IMG/VR virus record: IMGVR_UViG_3300025889_000117
Span: 1 to 63,203 of that record
Source of the DNA: a virus
Taxonomy: Duplodnaviria > Caudoviricetes
Direction: 5' to 3' (one strand)
Length of the DNA stretch: 63,203 nucleotides
The number at the start of each line of letters is the position of its first letter. The stretch's first letter is position 1. The notes beneath the pieces are model-generated. The model made no database searches. It was not told the DNA's origin and worked only from the letters and a program-made list of their open reading frames with translations. The translations under genes were made by a program, and so were the position numbers. Of the stretch, positions 8,289 to 17,919 are shown in pieces.

Positions 8289-8621
8289 TTATGAACAAAA
8301 TTCGCATTGGTGGGGTGAACCGTCTCTATTAAGATTCTGTTTCCCATTATGTGACTTTAACATCCATAAATCATCAACCCATATACAAGCAACGTGCCAA
8401 GGGTATCTAGTATTTTCATATTCTTCTTCCCTATTAAAACCAAACAAGCCGTTTGATTTACCTTGTCCTTTAGTCCAAGTGGTGACTTTTTTTAAACTAC
8501 CGATATTATTGTCTATCATCCATTGTTCTATACGGTTTATTTCTTTCTCTAATTTTATACGATCAGGGTGATCCCAATCCATTTCTTCCCGTTTTGCTCT
8601 TAAATCTGCTAGTTTACCCAA
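8289..8621 (-). CDS. Hypothetical protein
   Basis: Overlaps the PrimPol-MCM stop; C-terminal N.DGSPH.C motif. Confidence 0.6.
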   Translation of the reverse strand: MGKLADLRAKREEMDWDHPDRIKLEKEINRIEQWMIDNNIGSLKKVTTWTKGQGKSNGLFGFNREEEYENTRYPWHVACIWVDDLWMLKSHNGKQNLNRDGSPHQCEFCS

Positions 8622-11037
8622 CTTTTCTATACCTCTCTAAGTCGTTATCTAATTCCAGTACCCCTGTTTCTATAAGTTTTCTAACCCTTTCATGTCCATC
8701 TAATTTGTTTAGTTTATAATTAATCTTATTTGCTAATTCGCCCTTATCTATTGTATTATCATATTCTGAATCCTGACATTCATGGATTGCTTCTAATATC
8801 TTACTGTCGTTTGTGTCTTTTTTCTTATTAAATTCCCCAGATACTTCCCCTGTCTGCATATTCATTTTCATACTTTTATAAGATTCGCTTATAATTGACT
8901 CGACAATATCGAAATCATCTGCTGTTACTTCGTTTCTAAGATGTGCTTTTGCACAAGCTGTTAATAATCTGTATAACCCGTGATACTGTCTTAATCCAAT
9001 AGGAACACCTGAATTAACATTAAGTGGTCGCATTTTTTTATGTAGTGCATCAATTCTATCCATATAATAATCAGGAATAATTGAATCTAAAGTTTGAATA
9101 TAAGTAAAGTATCTTTTTAATTCATCTACACTCATATATTTCTCCTTTCTGGAATTATAAGATCTAATCCATTTTCGCATTTTATCATCAGTTTCAGGAT
9201 CATTTGCATCAACAAGCAACCAAATTATATCAAATCTGGAAACAAATGGTGCTTCCATTTCAAAGTTATCCATTACACTAGGATATTTAGAATTAAACTT
9301 GCCGTTCTTTGGATTACCTGCTACTAGTATTGGACATTTTGCGGGTAAAGTTATACCACCACCACTCCCTGCTTTAGCCTGACTAGTTGTTTGTTGTTCC
9401 ATTACTTCGAGACATGAATTATGATCCTCTTTTTTCATTTTATCTATTTCATCAAGGATACAATGGTGTCCTGTATGCTGTGGAAAGAAACCTGCTTGTG
9501 GCATCATAGTACCGTTATAAAGTTTCACAGTTGCAATAGTAAGACCTGCACCACTTACATTTCTACCAACTGTATAACCTGAACCGTCTAATAGTTTATT
9601 CATTTTTAATAGTAATTCTGATTTACCTAATTGTGCATCACCTAATATGGCACAATGTATAAGATCTCTCTTACCATTGAGAGAATTACCACCACAAGCC
9701 CATAATACTAATGTTTGTATAATCTTATCATTCATGTATATATCAGGAACTATTGAATCTGTAACTCTTTTGAATATATCTGATTTTTTCCATTCTTCTA
9801 CTTCTTCTGCTGTTGGTAAACAACCTTGTGATTGTTCAATATCTTTCATATCTGTTATTTGAAATACTATTTGATTATAAGCCTGATTCTTTTTCATTAT
9901 AGAGCGAAACTTTGCTGTTACTGTTTTTCGTTGACCAATGAAAGCTTCACCTACTGTTTCATCAGTTATTTCTGCATCAAATTGAATAGGGCTACTGTTC
10001 CTAGCATCTTCAAAAAACTCTTGTATTCTAAGTTGTTGAATATAAGATGTCACTTTTGATCTTTCGTCTATAACATAAGAAACCTTGTCCTTTACACAAT
10101 ATGGTGCTGTTATACGGTGTAAATCATCACAATGAGTTTTTGTTTGATTATGACAATAAGGACATTCATAATCTGCTGATACAGTATAAGTCATTCTTTC
10201 TCCAACTGCTATAATCATACAGTTAAAAGATATTGGTTTTCCTTCTAATGCAGGTGTTATATTCTGCATATCTACAGGCATAGGAGTTCCGCCTAATTGT
10301 TGTAATACGGTTCTTGCATCATCAATATGTTTTATAAGATTTTGTTTTTCTGATTTCTCCGCCTGTGAGATTATAAGTTTTAATTCTGAAGTAGGCATTG
10401 GTGGTGTATGTCGTTTATTTAGTTCTTCTAATTCTTTGTATAATGATTGTCCATACAGTCCCTTATCTCTTATAAGATAACAGGCGTATTTAAAAGTGGA
10501 ATCATTTCTACCACCTTCTGATACTCCTTGTGCTATTTCTTCTATTGATCTTGTTTGTACGTTAAATCCTATTGATTCAAGTTTTTCCCGAAGTCTTGTT
10601 CCACTTATATCCATTATGGGTGAATCATCAACTATTGTATATACACTTCCATTTGGATGTATTGAACTAGGTGCTAAAACATAACCGCCTTGTGATTTTA
10701 TATCAATATGCCTTCCACGTTTATCATCTAGTTTTTTATTTGGTGGTGGAAATCCATGAAAATGAAAATACAGGTGTTGTCCTTTACCTGTCTTTACTTT
10801 TAATGTTTTAAATTCTTCAAAGTCTTTGATTAATGATTCATCATCTAGATCAACCACAAATAGATTGTCACTTGATCTTCCACAAACTACTCCTATATTA
10901 CAGGTTGAGGGAAACGAACCTTCGTATTTTTCTTCTTGATATTCTTTCCAATTAAAACCACCAATAGGTTCTTTTGATCTTGGTTTAAGAGGTATTAGGT
11001 TAAATCCTAATGCTTTTAGTTTATCTATTTCTGACAT
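8614..11037 (-). CDS. mcm: Bifunctional primase-polymerase + PriCT + MCM helicase fusion
   Basis: PrimPol motifs SKEP, NIGVVCG, VVDLD, TGKG.HLYF, GGYVLAPSS.H; PriCT EGGRN; MCM Zn finger, Walker A GDAQLGKS, SGAGLT, Walker B ILDEIDKM, AGNP, Arg finger SRFD. Confidence 0.93.
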   Translation of the reverse strand: MSEIDKLKALGFNLIPLKPRSKEPIGGFNWKEYQEEKYEGSFPSTCNIGVVCGRSSDNLFVVDLDDESLIKDFEEFKTLKVKTGKGQHLYFHFHGFPPPNKKLDDKRGRHIDIKSQGGYVLAPSSIHPNGSVYTIVDDSPIMDISGTRLREKLESIGFNVQTRSIEEIAQGVSEGGRNDSTFKYACYLIRDKGLYGQSLYKELEELNKRHTPPMPTSELKLIISQAEKSEKQNLIKHIDDARTVLQQLGGTPMPVDMQNITPALEGKPISFNCMIIAVGERMTYTVSADYECPYCHNQTKTHCDDLHRITAPYCVKDKVSYVIDERSKVTSYIQQLRIQEFFEDARNSSPIQFDAEITDETVGEAFIGQRKTVTAKFRSIMKKNQAYNQIVFQITDMKDIEQSQGCLPTAEEVEEWKKSDIFKRVTDSIVPDIYMNDKIIQTLVLWACGGNSLNGKRDLIHCAILGDAQLGKSELLLKMNKLLDGSGYTVGRNVSGAGLTIATVKLYNGTMMPQAGFFPQHTGHHCILDEIDKMKKEDHNSCLEVMEQQTTSQAKAGSGGGITLPAKCPILVAGNPKNGKFNSKYPSVMDNFEMEAPFVSRFDIIWLLVDANDPETDDKMRKWIRSYNSRKEKYMSVDELKRYFTYIQTLDSIIPDYYMDRIDALHKKMRPLNVNSGVPIGLRQYHGLYRLLTACAKAHLRNEVTADDFDIVESIISESYKSMKMNMQTGEVSGEFNKKKDTNDSKILEAIHECQDSEYDNTIDKGELANKINYKLNKLDGHERVRKLIETGVLELDNDLERYRKVG

Positions 11038-11294
11038 TTTTGTATTATCTTATTGTTTAACTCACATATTAAGGTACTCATTTGTAACTTCTCCTCTTTA
11101 CTCATTTTATCTAAAATTTTATCCCAGTCATCTTTATCTGCAACAAGTGATTTATTGTCATTTATATTCTGAACATATAATTTAACTGCATTACCTATTG
11201 CACCTGAAAATGATTTATTTCTTGATTCTGAAATAACTTTTAGTTGATCAAAGTATTCTTGGTATTTTTTACTTTGATATAGATTTATTGTCAA
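11025..11294 (-). CDS. Putative ribbon-helix-helix DNA-binding protein
   Basis: TINLY beta strand followed by helices with KSFS.AI..AV. Confidence 0.5.
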   Translation of the reverse strand: MTINLYQSKKYQEYFDQLKVISESRNKSFSGAIGNAVKLYVQNINDNKSLVADKDDWDKILDKMSKEEKLQMSTLICELNNKIIQKCQK

Positions 11295-11722
11295 TTTTTA
11301 CCACCTAATTTTTCTTGTATTATTTTATCTAACAAGTCAAATATAGTTGTTTCTATTTCTAACTTGTTTATAACTGCTAATGGTATTCCCGCTAACTCAT
11401 AATCTTTGTTTCTTCTTTCCGTATCTTCTATTTTTTTATCGTGAACACCACCATCTATCTCGATCACTAGTAGTAATTTATTTGTTTTCTTATCTATTAT
11501 AATTATATCTGGATTTCTTATTTTGTTTATATTTTCAATTTTTATATTTGATGTGTATCCCAAATAATGTCCTATATGCTTGTCAAATACTATATACCAT
11601 TCTCTCTCCACTCTGTAATTAGTTATATCTCTTATAAATTGAGCTATTTCAACAAGTTCTATATCATCATTCTTATAACTAAAATAAGATTTTGCTTGAT
11701 TATTCTTTTTATTCATAGCCAT
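11291..11722 (-). CDS. DUF559/Vsr-like PD-(D/E)XK endonuclease
   Basis: PDIII...VIEIDGGVHD...RN..Y...GI. Confidence 0.75.
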   Translation of the reverse strand: MAMNKKNNQAKSYFSYKNDDIELVEIAQFIRDITNYRVEREWYIVFDKHIGHYLGYTSNIKIENINKIRNPDIIIIDKKTNKLLLVIEIDGGVHDKKIEDTERRNKDYELAGIPLAVINKLEIETTIFDLLDKIIQEKLGGKN

Positions 11723-11949
11723 TTTCTTTTCCCCATAAAGTTATTGAATATACGTCTAAATGTAAATGATCTTATCATTGATACACTTGTATAAACCAGT
11801 CCTATTAATAATGCTATTTTTATATCATAATTCTGTATTTCATCAATAAAAAACGGAAGGAAAAGTAAATTAAGTATTGATGCAATAAAATAACCTGAGC
11901 CAACATTTAAAATTGTTTCTATTGCTGATCCTTTTTTAGTCTGATACAT
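11713..11949 (-). CDS. Small two-TM phage protein (QT..S..E...N / S..R....RRIF family)
   Basis: QTKKGSAIETILNVGSGY and SMIRSFTFRRIFN. Confidence 0.7.
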   Translation of the reverse strand: MYQTKKGSAIETILNVGSGYFIASILNLLFLPFFIDEIQNYDIKIALLIGLVYTSVSMIRSFTFRRIFNNFMGKRKWL

Positions 11950-11961
11950 AATCTATCTCCG

Positions 11962-12828
11962 TTAATTAACATATTTACATTCCCCAACATTGTTATCCTG
12001 TGTATCTCTATATTGATCAAAATAATGTTTTTCCTGTAATCTTTCTGCTGTTCTTATATTCCATTTATTCACAAGGAAAAAATCATCAATATGAAATACT
12101 TTCATATTATCTGATGGTTGTACATATGGTTCATCTATATGATTATAATCTATCAGTAGATTATGATTTTTTGTATGAATACACATACTCTTTTCTGTGT
12201 AATAATGTATTCCATGATTAAGAGGAATCATTCTTGGTGTTTTACCATCTTTATTGCTATCATAGGCATAAGCTCTACACATTCCCACATCGGGATAAGC
12301 TTCATCTAATAATGGTTTTAGCCACAAATGAACTCTTCCTGAATTTTGTTGGAAAAATTCATCGCCATCCTTAACAAAAATATAAGCTCTATCTTTTGGA
12401 AACAACTTACCAATCATATCAATTTGTGTATTTCGTTTTTTTGATTCTGATTCCCATAATTCATTGGTTTTGTTTGTTATAAATATTATAGGCACATCAG
12501 TTGTTTTTGAAAATTCTTCTACTAATTCAGCAGTTCGATCTGTCGAATTTACACTTTGACCACCATTTTTCCATGCACCATCAATAATATGAATCATATC
12601 TAAATCAGGAATAGTCAAATCATCTTCTAATACTTGTTTTATAAACTGTTCATCATTATATACACAATGAGCCATTATAAGTTTTATATTATCGTTTGTA
12701 AAATTATGAATTTCTTTATCAATCTGTTCTTTTAATTGTCTTTCACTGAATTTTCTGTGTGCGTTACCATATATTATTTTTTCCTTTAGAATATTTTTAA
12801 CATTATCTTTCATTTCTTTCCTCTTCAT
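11962..12828 (-). CDS. GT-A fold (family 2-like) glycosyltransferase
   Basis: VYNDEQFI, IIDG, STDRT, DGDE (DxD). Confidence 0.72.
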   Translation of the reverse strand: MKRKEMKDNVKNILKEKIIYGNAHRKFSERQLKEQIDKEIHNFTNDNIKLIMAHCVYNDEQFIKQVLEDDLTIPDLDMIHIIDGAWKNGGQSVNSTDRTAELVEEFSKTTDVPIIFITNKTNELWESESKKRNTQIDMIGKLFPKDRAYIFVKDGDEFFQQNSGRVHLWLKPLLDEAYPDVGMCRAYAYDSNKDGKTPRMIPLNHGIHYYTEKSMCIHTKNHNLLIDYNHIDEPYVQPSDNMKVFHIDDFFLVNKWNIRTAERLQEKHYFDQYRDTQDNNVGECKYVN

Positions 12829-13153
12829 ATTTTATCTTTAAATAAATAAGATAATTAATGGTATCTTCTATTGTATCTGAAACTTTTTCATCTTTTACTT
12901 CTGGGTTTTCATTTGGATTTCTACAAAGGGAACTCAACCTACTAAATTTATCAGATAATCTTACAAGTAATCCTTGACATACTGAATCTGTTATTCCCAA
13001 TGTCTTACAATTAGTTATGTTTGCTAATGTGTCTCCATTCTTATGCTGTAATCTTGCATAATCCATACCTTTTTTCTCCACAATATTATAAGCCTGTTCA
13101 CATATTTTTTTATGTTCTGCTAATACTTTTTCTAGACTAGTCAACTTTCTCAC
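12803..13153 (-). CDS. DUF1599 / nucleotide-modification-associated all-alpha (MazG-like) protein
   Basis: KKGMDYA, LLVRLSDKFSRL, DE...DTIEDTINY. Confidence 0.75.
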   Translation of the reverse strand: MRKLTSLEKVLAEHKKICEQAYNIVEKKGMDYARLQHKNGDTLANITNCKTLGITDSVCQGLLVRLSDKFSRLSSLCRNPNENPEVKDEKVSDTIEDTINYLIYLKIKYEEERNER

Positions 13154-13448
13154 CCCATAGATTTTCTAACACTTGTGTTATTTCTGTTGCACTAAGACCT
13201 GTATGTTCATATCCCATCATTTCTTTTATTCTTACATAGTTTCTAAATGCTAACATAAATTCATTACCTGATGCCATAGGATCAACAGTTTCCCAACCAA
13301 CACCTTGAACATAAACCATTGGTTCTACTGAAAATCTTGGTTTCCCACTACCACCATTTTTTGCTGACACTGGTGCATATGATTCAGAATGAAATGTTGC
13401 TTTTGTCATTTGAATATGCTTGTGTTCTCTTGTTGAAATATCACTCAT
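13137..13448 (-). CDS. Hypothetical protein
   Basis: ORF within the gene run. Confidence 0.55.
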   Translation of the reverse strand: MSDISTREHKHIQMTKATFHSESYAPVSAKNGGSGKPRFSVEPMVYVQGVGWETVDPMASGNEFMLAFRNYVRIKEMMGYEHTGLSATEITQVLENLWGEKVD

Positions 13449-13472
13449 ACAAAGTGAATAGTATTTGAGTTA

Positions 13473-13829
13473 TTAATAGCTTTCTATGATATTGAAATTA
13501 AATTTTTGTTGATCTATGATAACTGGTGTTATATTTGAAAACTCTATTTCTCCAATCCAGTTGCCTGCATTTGCTGAAGTTGTAATTGATGCAAGTATCG
13601 TAAAAGAAACTATTCCATTTGCCCTGTCAGTAAATGAGACGTTTGTACCTGAGTCAATCAATGTTCCATCAGGCTTATAAATTTTCACTACCCCTGTTGC
13701 ATATACATTTGTATCTGTCATATCTACGGCTAAATTAGTATCTGGATCAAGAATTGTTAATTGAAATGTTTTTGTTGTGCCTACTGTTATCTCAAAAGTA
13801 ATCCCAAAATCTTCTCTATTTACGCTCAT
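13473..13829 (-). CDS. BppU-like Ig-fold baseplate/fibre-associated protein
   Basis: G.T..FQLTI.D, KPDGT, NGIVSFT, AG.W.GEIEF. Confidence 0.6.
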   Translation of the reverse strand: MSVNREDFGITFEITVGTTKTFQLTILDPDTNLAVDMTDTNVYATGVVKIYKPDGTLIDSGTNVSFTDRANGIVSFTILASITTSANAGNWIGEIEFSNITPVIIDQQKFNFNIIESY

Positions 13830-15403
13830 ATCTGAATATTACCTCTATTGGTTTTAAATTTTATTGACTTGCTTGTATCTTTTATTCTTATAACTGCACC
13901 TGAGATTAGCAGGTAGGTTTCAGTAATATTGTGTTTTAGTATTTTATAAGAAATTATTGATGAATTAATATTATGTTTTAATATTTTTGTTACTTTTAGC
14001 AATCCAGACATATTATGCTTTAAGATAATTAATTTCTGTACTGAGTTTAATACAACGTGCTTTAATATGACATTAACTACCACAGTACCAGCTAGACCAT
14101 GTTTAAGAATAACATTTTTTGTTGTTGATGAGTTTATATTGTGTTTTAATATGTTATTTACAAGTAAGAATCCTGATAAACTGTGTTTTAGTATTATTAA
14201 TTTTTCTACGGAGTTTAAAATGGTGTGTTTTAATATCACGTTCTTTGTTAGTGCTGAATTAATATTGTGTTTTAATATTTTGTTTACAATTAATAATCCA
14301 GATAAATTATGTTTGAAAATGATATTCTTTGATATTGCCTCAATTATAGTGTGTTTGAGAATTATATTCTTTGATATTGCTTCAATTATAGTGTGTTTGA
14401 GAATAACATTTTTTGTTGTTGATGAGTTTATATTATGTTTTAATATTGTTGTTTCTAACACACTGTTTTGAATATTGTGTTTTAATATTTCAAATGTTCC
14501 TACCACTCCAGCTAAATAATGTTTAAAAATAACATTCTTTGATATTGCTTCAATTATAGTGTGTTTGAGAATAACATTTTTTGTTGTTGATGAGTTTATA
14601 TTATGTTTTAATATTGTTGTTTCTAACACACTGTTTTGAATATTGTGTTTTAATATTTCAAATGTTCCTACCACTCCAGCTAAATAATGTTTAAAAATAA
14701 CATTCTTTGATATTGCTTCAATTATAGTGTGTTTGAGAATAACATTTTTTGTTGTTGATGAGTTTATATTATGTTTTAATATTGTTGTTTCTAACACACT
14801 GTTTTGAATATTGTGTTTTAATATTTCAAATGTTCCTACCACTCCAGCTAAATAATGTTTAAAAATAACATTCTTTGATATTGCATCTCTTATATTATGT
14901 TTAAGAATAACATTCTTTGTTATTGCATCTCTTATATTATGTTTAAGAATAACATTCTTTGATATTGCCTCAATTATATTGTGTTTGAGTATTTTTGTTG
15001 CTGATACAGCACTGTTTATATTATGTTTAAGTATTTTTGTTGCTGATACAGCACTGTTTATATTGTGTTTGAGTATTTTTGTTGCTGATACAGCACTGTT
15101 TATATTGTGTTTGAGTATTTTTGTTACTTCTAATGCTGAATTTATATTATGTTTAAGAATAACATTCTTTGTTATTGCATCTCTTATATTGTGTTTGAGT
15201 ATATGTAATTTTTCAATACTATTGATTAGATTATGTTTAAGAATAATATTTTTTGATGCAAAAGTATTGATATTATGTTTAAGTATTGTATTTAATTCTG
15301 TTTCATATGATATTATAATTCCATCGGTTCCACCATCTTCTAAAGTAAGAAGGCTTGTTCCATCTTCTAATGTAAGTAGATTTTCACGGGATTCAGTAGG
15401 CAT
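13826..15403 (-). CDS. Fibre-like protein with 33 tandem 14-aa I(L/F)KH repeats
   Basis: Exact 14-residue period; N-terminal LLTLEDG duplication; tail-fibre context. Confidence 0.8.
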   Translation of the reverse strand: MPTESRENLLTLEDGTSLLTLEDGGTDGIIISYETELNTILKHNINTFASKNIILKHNLINSIEKLHILKHNIRDAITKNVILKHNINSALEVTKILKHNINSAVSATKILKHNINSAVSATKILKHNINSAVSATKILKHNIIEAISKNVILKHNIRDAITKNVILKHNIRDAISKNVIFKHYLAGVVGTFEILKHNIQNSVLETTILKHNINSSTTKNVILKHTIIEAISKNVIFKHYLAGVVGTFEILKHNIQNSVLETTILKHNINSSTTKNVILKHTIIEAISKNVIFKHYLAGVVGTFEILKHNIQNSVLETTILKHNINSSTTKNVILKHTIIEAISKNIILKHTIIEAISKNIIFKHNLSGLLIVNKILKHNINSALTKNVILKHTILNSVEKLIILKHSLSGFLLVNNILKHNINSSTTKNVILKHGLAGTVVVNVILKHVVLNSVQKLIILKHNMSGLLKVTKILKHNINSSIISYKILKHNITETYLLISGAVIRIKDTSKSIKFKTNRGNIQI

Positions 15404-15980
15404 TTACTTCACTCCATGTATCATTTGATTTGTTATAAATCCAAGTTTTACCAGTATCGGTTTCTTGATATTCAAGTTTATCTTGTATTGTATAACGATT
15501 AATGTTGCTATCATATAATGTTTTAAGTGTTGAATCTGCTAGAAAATCAGCACCAGTACCTTTGTTTATATTGATTTCATTGATATAAGAATCAGGAGAT
15601 GGACTATAACTAAAAGCTACCTGTATTAATCTATTGTTTTGAGCTACACTATCCCAACCATAAACTATCGCATAACCTAATTTATCCCTATTTGGGAATT
15701 GACTAAGAAAAACAACACCAAAATGCTGATGATCAGTAGTAACATCAAGCGGTATATTTGATTGACTTGTAGCTTGAACATCACTAGCAGAAATCACATA
15801 TTCATTTGAACTATAAGAATAATTTGAATTTGTATCATTATTAAATGTAAGAATACTCTCCGATACTGAACCCATAGTATCAAAAATAAATAAACCGTGA
15901 GTGCTTGCTGTTATCCCACTGACGTTAAGATTAGCACCTGCTACACTTAATGTAACTGCACCGTTATCAGTCCAAGGCAT
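15393..15980 (-). CDS. Tail tip/fibre paralog (short type B3)
   Basis: MPW start, FNNDTNSNY, C-terminal ETDTGK.W motif. Confidence 0.65.
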   Translation of the reverse strand: MPWTDNGAVTLSVAGANLNVSGITASTHGLFIFDTMGSVSESILTFNNDTNSNYSYSSNEYVISASDVQATSQSNIPLDVTTDHQHFGVVFLSQFPNRDKLGYAIVYGWDSVAQNNRLIQVAFSYSPSPDSYINEININKGTGADFLADSTLKTLYDSNINRYTIQDKLEYQETDTGKTWIYNKSNDTWSEVNAY

Positions 15981-17092
15981 TAATTACCACCCCACCATTT
16001 TATATTATTAACAGTTGTATCACTACTATTTATTTTAAATCTTCGTAAATCTCCATTTGGTATCCAACCACCGACTAAAGTCTGTCTATGTGTTATAACA
16101 TTAGATCCATTACCTTCTTTCCAAGTGTACATACAGATATTATTGGTCTTAGACTCGTATTGTCCACCAAATGCAGATCTTTTAAATGAAAAAAGATCCA
16201 TATGAAGATAAACATTTGCTGTATGATTAATTGCACCTAACTCAAAGTCAGTATAATATGGTAAAGTACTTGAATAGTCTGTAAAAGTGCCATCTAAGTT
16301 ATTCATATGAGAATATGGATAACCTTGAGCTGCCGTATAATATTGAGAATCAGAGATAATTGAATGGTTGCCAAGCTGAAATGAAGGAGTAGTTGTAGTT
16401 CCATTAGTAAGTGTTAAATCACATGAAATCCAGTTATAATTTTTAGGTTTGGTTGAAATTACTTCATTATCCCCTGTTGAAGAACCAATCTCTTCCCAAA
16501 AATTATGAGACTGTGGTATATTATCATCATAACCAAGTACAAGGATTGATGTACCTCTTCCAAGTTCCTTGCTTTGGTCAAAAATATTTATTGTGTCCAA
16601 TAAATCTGTACTGTTTTCCCAAGTTCCACCCACATCTAGATGATCTTTATCAAACAAAGAATTAGTTGTTCTTGCACCTAGTCCACGATATGCTTTAAAA
16701 GTATCTTGATTATTAGTAATCCAAGTAAGCAAAAATGGAGCTGATGGATTAAAAGTAGTAGTTAATTGAAATGAAGTGCCACCTTGAGCACCCCAAAGAT
16801 CACTACCATTTCTTCTAATTTCGGAATTATAATTACTACCTGTATCCACAACACCACCAGTACCAAATCTCATATCATGAGCAGTGCTGTATCCAGCTAA
16901 ACTTTCTATATTAATAAATACCATATAAAAACGCTTATTGGCTATATTCGTCAGTGTAATTGATGTAGCATCTGCTTCTAATACAGCTCTTCCACATTCA
17001 ACCCATCCACCAGTATTTGTTCCTAACCCATTAGTAATATCATATCTTTCTTGTTTTGTTCCTTTTGCTCTATTACCTGATAACCATTCCAT
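15980..17092 (-). CDS. Tail tip/fibre paralog (long type A3)
   Basis: MEWLSGNR, GGWVECGR, KRFYMV, VLGYD...NFWEEIG. Confidence 0.65.
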   Translation of the reverse strand: MEWLSGNRAKGTKQERYDITNGLGTNTGGWVECGRAVLEADATSITLTNIANKRFYMVFINIESLAGYSTAHDMRFGTGGVVDTGSNYNSEIRRNGSDLWGAQGGTSFQLTTTFNPSAPFLLTWITNNQDTFKAYRGLGARTTNSLFDKDHLDVGGTWENSTDLLDTINIFDQSKELGRGTSILVLGYDDNIPQSHNFWEEIGSSTGDNEVISTKPKNYNWISCDLTLTNGTTTTPSFQLGNHSIISDSQYYTAAQGYPYSHMNNLDGTFTDYSSTLPYYTDFELGAINHTANVYLHMDLFSFKRSAFGGQYESKTNNICMYTWKEGNGSNVITHRQTLVGGWIPNGDLRRFKINSSDTTVNNIKWWGGN

Positions 17093-17358
17093 TATGATTC
17101 AAACCTCATATATATTTTAGAACCACAATCACAATCTATAACATATTCACCCATTTCGTTTCTAATTTTTAATTTAACTTTACATTTAGGACATGAACCT
17201 TGTTTTAATCTGAAGTAATTCCAATGAGATTCACATAATCGCATTGATTCGGTTATATAATTATTGTATTCATGTTCTCCTAGTTCAACTGTGCATTTAT
17301 AAGCATCACAAATGTATTTTTGTCCATTGTTTATATGATTATAATATTCTTCACTCAT
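17092..17358 (-). CDS. Small Cys-rich zinc-finger protein inserted in the tail-tip cluster
   Basis: CDAYKC, LCESH, CPKC, CDCG. Confidence 0.6.
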   Translation of the reverse strand: MSEEYYNHINNGQKYICDAYKCTVELGEHEYNNYITESMRLCESHWNYFRLKQGSCPKCKVKLKIRNEMGEYVIDCDCGSKIYMRFES

Positions 17359-17361
17359 CTT

Positions 17362-17919
17362 CTATTCCTCATCCCAAAATGTTATAATAGTGTTATCTCT
17401 TGAATCATATGTTGAAGGACTAATCTTTCCGGTTACTGTAGGACTAGGTGTTATATAATTAGTGTTAGGTAGAAAATTAGAAAATCCTGTTCCTGTGTGC
17501 CACATATAGTCAGTTATTCCATTAGGTGTGAAATTGTTATAAAATCCCATATATACTCTAAGCACTGATGTAGGATAAGTACCTGTATCACCAATCGTCA
17601 TAACATATTGTATTCCACCACTGAAAAATATGGATTTGAAATCATCAAGATAACTTACCGCAAAAGTAAGATCACTTATACCGAGATCAATGTTAATTGC
17701 AAAAAAATTCTCAAATTCAGTGGAATTAGCATTATTTCTCCTATGAAGATACTCTGCATTAGTGTCAATATTATTTATTTGTAAACTACATTCAGGACTA
17801 CCATCAGTTTTAAGTCCTATAACTGTCTCAAGAAATGCGTTGGTAGCGGTTATTGGAAAAGCTGTACTACCTGAACGATCACCATTTATATTTGCACTGT
17901 GTATTCTAGTCCAAGCCAT
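17362..17919 (-). CDS. Tail tip/fibre paralog (short type B2)
   Basis: MAW start, INNIDTNAEY. Confidence 0.6.
   Translation of the reverse strand: MAWTRIHSANINGDRSGSTAFPITATNAFLETVIGLKTDGSPECSLQINNIDTNAEYLHRRNNANSTEFENFFAINIDLGISDLTFAVSYLDDFKSIFFSGGIQYVMTIGDTGTYPTSVLRVYMGFYNNFTPNGITDYMWHTGTGFSNFLPNTNYITPSPTVTGKISPSTYDSRDNTIITFWDEE

Noticed and set aside
8614-11037. Intein in MCM (also checked terminase and RadA)
   Set aside because: Motif spacing is normal and no intein splice-junction or LAGLIDADG blocks were seen
14067-15428. Plus-strand ORFs 14067..14471 and 14979..15428
   Set aside because: Antisense shadows of the repeat fibre gene; the same applies to most plus-strand ORFs inside 9-53 kb, e.g. 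31895..32449 and 38386..38760
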